DNA of 61,561 nt from an uncultured Thermomicrobiales bacterium (lineage in GTDB: Bacteria > Chloroflexota > Chloroflexia > Thermomicrobiales > UBA6265): positions 1 through 61,561 of the forward strand of contig CAXTHM010000016.1 in the NCBI GenBank assembly GCA_964244115.1. Reading direction: 5' to 3'. Positions 58,029 to 61,561 of this stretch are shown piece by piece. Every line of letters starts with the position of its first letter. The stretch's first letter is position 1. The position numbers and the translations under genes are program-made. A model generated the notes under the pieces. It saw only the letters and a list, made by a program, of their open reading frames with translations, was not told where the DNA came from and made no database searches.

Positions 58029-59747
58029 ATGACGTCACCGGACCCATCTGCCCAGCCAGATGATCGTGCCGCCCTGAATGTCCTGGATCTGCTCCGGCTC
58101 CGGGAGCGGGCGTTCGATGCTGCTGGCAGCGGCATCGTGATCACCGATGCCAGAGATCGCAACAACCCGATCATCGATGTCAATCCGGCGTTCGAGCGCA
58201 TCACCGGTCACCGCCGCGACGACGTGCTGGGCGAGAATTGCCGGATGCTCCAGAGTGCCTGGACCGACCCGGCGGCGATCGAACAGATCCGCGCCGGCCT
58301 CCGGGACCGGCGTGAGGTCAACGTCACGATCCTCAACCAGCGCCGCGATGGCACCCCGTTCTGGAACGACCTCCTGATCGCGCCCGTCTTCGCACCGGGC
58401 GGCGAACTGACGCACTTCGTCGGGATTCAGACGGAAATCACCGCCCGCAAGCGGGCCGAGGAGCGGACCACCTTCCTGGCCCGCGTCAGCGACCAACTCG
58501 GGATCTCGCTCGACTACCGCAGCGCCCTCTCCGGAGCCGCCCGGCTGGCCGTCCCCCTGATCTCGGACATCTTCCTGGTGGACGTGCTGCCCGGAGACAA
58601 CCACACCGAGCGGGTGGCGGCCGCCTTCGCCGGTCCGGATCGGGGCCAACGAGCGGACCTCCTCGCGGACTGGGCGGTCCGGAAGGACGACAGGCACGGC
58701 GCGGCGCTTGCCGTCCGGACCGGCCAGTCGCACCTGATCCCATCGGTCGCGGACACGTCGCTCCCGTCGCTGAACCGCGACGCCGAGGCACTGCGACGAC
58801 GGACAGGCACCCGCCTGCTCTCGTACCTGACCGTCCCGCTGATCGCCCGGCGCCGCATCCTCGGCGCCCTGACGATCGCCACGACATCCGAATCCGGCCG
58901 CTCCCTCGACGCAGAGGACCTGCACCTGATGGAGGAGCTCGCCCGCCGGGCCGCGATGGCGATCGACAATGCGCTGCTCTACTCCGAGGCGAAGCAGGCC
59001 GTCCGGGCCCGGGACCAGTTCCTGTCGATCGCCGCCCACGAGCTCCGGACCCCGGTCTCGAGCATCAAGGGCTACGCGCAGATGCTGCTCCGGGCCCATC
59101 GCAAGGGGCACATCCCGGACGAGCGCCTCAAGCGGTCGCTCGAGACGATCGACAGCTCGACCGACCGGCTGAGCCTGCTGACCAGCGATCTGCTCGACGT
59201 CTCCCGGATTCGTCTCGGCCAGTTGCCGCTCCGCCCCGACGAGATCGATTTCGCCGGCAAGGTCCGCTCGGTCGTCCGCCGGTATCAGGAGGCCGCGACC
59301 GATACGCATCGGATCGACGTCAGCGTTGGTCCCGGTGACTACTGGGTCCGGGCGGACAGCGACCGGATCGAGCAGGTCCTGACGAACCTGCTGGAGAACG
59401 CGGCAAAGTACTCCCCGGACGATGACCGGATCGCGCTCTCGCTGTGGGTGGAGGACGATCGGATCCGGCTCTCGGTCCGGGATCACGGCATCGGTCTGCC
59501 ACCCGGCGGCGCCAGCGGGATCTTCGAGCCGTTCGAGCGAGCGCCGAACGCGCTCGCCCACGGGCTCCCCGGACTCGGCCTCGGGCTCTACATCTGCCGC
59601 GGGCTGATCGAGCGCCACGGTGGCCAGATCTGGGCGGAGAGCGACGGCGAGGGCGCCGGCACGACCTTCTTCGTCACCCTCCCGCGCCTCGGGCACGGCC
59701 CCGACCTCAACGCCGACCACGCCATCCCGCTCCAGTTCGGGTATTAG
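58029..59747 (+). CDS. LOV(PAS)-GAF-HisKA-HATPase sensor histidine kinase (candidate blue-light sensor)
   Basis: GIVITDARDRNNPIIDVNPAFERITGHRRDDVLGENCRMLQS...ILNQRRDGTPFWNDLLIAPVF...THFVGIQTEIT (LOV signature with the adduct Cys in NCRMLQ). A GAF-like middle, SIAAHELRTPV (H-box), and N and G boxes (NLLENAAKYSP, DHGIGLP, GLGLGLYICR). Confidence 0.8.
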   Translation: MTSPDPSAQPDDRAALNVLDLLRLRERAFDAAGSGIVITDARDRNNPIIDVNPAFERITGHRRDDVLGENCRMLQSAWTDPAAIEQIRAGLRDRREVNVTILNQRRDGTPFWNDLLIAPVFAPGGELTHFVGIQTEITARKRAEERTTFLARVSDQLGISLDYRSALSGAARLAVPLISDIFLVDVLPGDNHTERVAAAFAGPDRGQRADLLADWAVRKDDRHGAALAVRTGQSHLIPSVADTSLPSLNRDAEALRRRTGTRLLSYLTVPLIARRRILGALTIATTSESGRSLDAEDLHLMEELARRAAMAIDNALLYSEAKQAVRARDQFLSIAAHELRTPVSSIKGYAQMLLRAHRKGHIPDERLKRSLETIDSSTDRLSLLTSDLLDVSRIRLGQLPLRPDEIDFAGKVRSVVRRYQEAATDTHRIDVSVGPGDYWVRADSDRIEQVLTNLLENAAKYSPDDDRIALSLWVEDDRIRLSVRDHGIGLPPGGASGIFEPFERAPNALAHGLPGLGLGLYICRGLIERHGGQIWAESDGEGAGTTFFVTLPRLGHGPDLNADHAIPLQFGY

Positions 59748-60029
59748 ACCGGATCTCTTGGTCCTTGTCGGTCGCGAGCGGCCAGCCCCGACCCCCTCCC
59801 TATCCCGGTCCGGACGGAGTCGCCCGCAGGTGACGGAGGCGGACCGGATGGAGAGGGGGAGGCAGCTCCTCTGTCAACCGCTATGAACCGCGTATAGCGA
59901 CGCCCGACCCGAGCCATAGGGACACGGCGTGATGCCTGACGTTGCTCGCGACATCGCCGCCCGGTCGGCCATCGCGGGTCGCGGATACGGGTCTTCGATC
60001 TCACGACGCCCTTCAGGGCCAAACCAGCA

Positions 60030-60296
60030 TCAGGCGAACCGTTGGGCTGAGCGGGCTCTGGCTCGGGCGGCCTCGACGTCCCGGTCCTTCGGCGCGGCCT
60101 GCGTCTCCAGCGACGCCAGGAGCTGCTCCGCGACCCGCGCCACCCCGGCGACGGCGTCATCGAACGCGGCCCCGTTCGCCTTCGAGGGCTGGTTGAAGCC
60201 GCTGATCTTGCGGACGAACTGGAGTGCCGCCGCCTGGATCTCGTCCTCCGTTGCCGGGGGATCGAAGTTGTAGAGCGTCCGAATGTTCCTGCACAT
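60030..60296 (-). CDS. DUF2277-family small protein
   Basis: MCRNIRTLYNFDPPATEDEIQAAALQFVRKISGF... is the conserved opening of this family, so ATG 60296 is preferred to 60317. Confidence 0.65.
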   Translation of the reverse strand: MCRNIRTLYNFDPPATEDEIQAAALQFVRKISGFNQPSKANGAAFDDAVAGVARVAEQLLASLETQAAPKDRDVEAARARARSAQRFA

Positions 60297-60383
60297 GTCC
60301 GACTGCCTCCTGGGCACGGGGGGATCGGCGACGAGACGGGCGGGAGCCAGCGCCCCTTGGACGGCTCCCGCCCGGCGCGACCG

Positions 60384-61520
60384 CTAACCCATCTCGATCA
60401 GGTCGCGGGTGGCGTGGTTGATCCGGTCGCCGCCGTCCTCGACGCAGATCACGGTGTCCTCGATCCGGACGCCGAAACGGCCCTCCAGGTAGATCCCCGG
60501 CTCGTCGCTGAAGACCATGCCGGGCGCCAGTGGCAGGTCGTTGCCGCCGACCATGTACGGCTCCTCGTGGATGTCCAGCCCGAGCCCGTGGCCGACGCGG
60601 TGGATGAACGCGTCGCCATACCCCGCGGCGGTGATGACATCGCGGGCCGCCCGATCGATGTCCTGACAGGCGACACCGGGACGGACCGCGTCGTAGGCGG
60701 CCTGGTTGGCGGCCCGGACCGCGTCGTAGACGGTCCGGTACTCGGCCGTCGGCGGGCCGACGTGGACCGTGCGGGTCACGTCGGAGTGGTAGCCCTCCAG
60801 CGTGCCGCCCCAGTCGAAGATGACGGAATCTCCAGGCTGGATCACGCGCTCGCCGGTGTGGTGGTGGGGCGAGGCCGAGTTCGGGCCGCTGGCGCAGATC
60901 CCGCCGTGGATGGTCAGCCCGCGAGCCGCCGTCCGATCGCGCAGCAGCGTCATCGCCTGCCGCTCGGTCAGCCCGGCGATCCGGTCGTTGGCGATGAACG
61001 CCTCCCAGGCCTCGTCGGTCCGGCGGCTGACCTCGCGGAGCAGCTCCCGCTCGCGCTCGTCCTTGTGCATCCGCAGCGGCCGCATCACCGGCGTAGCCGA
61101 GATCCAGCTCGCTCTCGGGATCGATGCCTGGAGGCGCAGCAGGAAGACGCTCCAGAGCTGGTCGCTAACGGCGATGGTCGTGCCGCTGCCGCCGTCGCGG
61201 AGCTCCATCAGCGCGGCGGCCCGCTCCCACGGCGTCTCGGTCTCGGTCCAGGCCGAGATGTCGAACAGTTCCCGCCGGTTCAGGATCAGCGGCGCTTCCA
61301 GCATCGGCACGACGACGCTGACCGGCCCAGACCGCGGCACGATCAGCAGGGTCATCCGCTCGCTCAGATGCGCGTCGAACCCGGTCAGGTACCGGAAATC
61401 CGAGGACGGCCCGACCAGCGTGACGTCGATCCCGGCCCGGTCCATCTCCGCCTGCAACCGCGCCAGCCGCTCACCCTGGACCGCCAGTCCGCCCGGAACA
61501 GCCGCTGTCTCGCTCGCCAT
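60384..61520 (-). CDS. M24-family Xaa-Pro aminopeptidase / prolidase-like (creatinase N-domain + pita-bread fold)
   Basis: ...GDSVIFDWGGTLEGYHSDVTRTVHVG...FIHRVGHGLGLDIHEEPYMV...PGMVFSDEPGIYLEGRFGVRIEDTV: the complete set of M24 metal-ligand motifs. Confidence 0.85.
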   Translation of the reverse strand: MASETAAVPGGLAVQGERLARLQAEMDRAGIDVTLVGPSSDFRYLTGFDAHLSERMTLLIVPRSGPVSVVVPMLEAPLILNRRELFDISAWTETETPWERAAALMELRDGGSGTTIAVSDQLWSVFLLRLQASIPRASWISATPVMRPLRMHKDERERELLREVSRRTDEAWEAFIANDRIAGLTERQAMTLLRDRTAARGLTIHGGICASGPNSASPHHHTGERVIQPGDSVIFDWGGTLEGYHSDVTRTVHVGPPTAEYRTVYDAVRAANQAAYDAVRPGVACQDIDRAARDVITAAGYGDAFIHRVGHGLGLDIHEEPYMVGGNDLPLAPGMVFSDEPGIYLEGRFGVRIEDTVICVEDGGDRINHATRDLIEMG

Positions 61521-61561
61521 CGGTGATTCCCCCCTGTCGCCCGACCCGGTGGTCCGGGCAA

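Noticed and set aside
59796-59860. Long imperfect inverted repeat (CCCCCTCCCTATCCCGGTCCG ... CGGACCGGATGGAGAGGGGG) between the convergent kinase and DUF2277 genes
   Set aside because: The stem has several mismatches and indels. It is most simply a weak terminator or a fortuitous GC-rich structure, and nothing else distinguishes it.

Overview
High-GC (~68-70% by eye) bacterial chromosomal segment with Gram-positive-style GGAGG ribosome-binding sites; I cannot assign a taxon. There are four blocks. (1) 1.7-20.7 kb is a surface-glycan locus, mostly on the minus strand. It carries a full bacillosamine-type set (PglF-, PglE-, PglD- and PglC-like), two paralogous FemAB-like acyl/aminoacyl transferases, four glycosyltransferases, an apparent Wzx-Wzy fusion, a Tat-signal beta-helix protein, and a divergently transcribed Wzz/BY-kinase-like gene. 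(2) 21.6-40.4 kb is a complete type I-E CRISPR-Cas locus (cas3, cse1, cse2, cas7, cas5, cas6e, cas1, cas2). Its array has 127 repeats and 126 spacers at a strict 61-nt period. A lower-GC ~0.8 kb region upstream of cas3 contains decayed repeat-like remnants. (3) 40.45-42.8 kb is a decayed prophage fragment joined directly to the last, perfect CRISPR repeat. It holds a truncated scaffold-like gene, two intact small Cys-rich ORFs, and a frameshifted MuF/JAB-like gene. (4) 43-61.5 kb is housekeeping and signalling: a HAD-SerA fusion, a PPOX-family protein, YihY, an ECF sigma/anti-sigma pair, a macro-domain protein coupled to a Ser-less alpha/beta-hydrolase-like giant, a LOV-GAF histidine kinase, DUF2277 and an M24 peptidase. 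I found no clearly new multi-gene system. The best candidates for follow-up are the array/prophage junction with its small ORFs, the vestigial upstream array, the promoter-operator-leader-terminator element ahead of the glycan operon, and several unusual fusions in the glycan locus. All functional calls rest on motifs read by eye, with no database search. Many long ORFs in the track are antisense shadows or repeat translations and are rejected.
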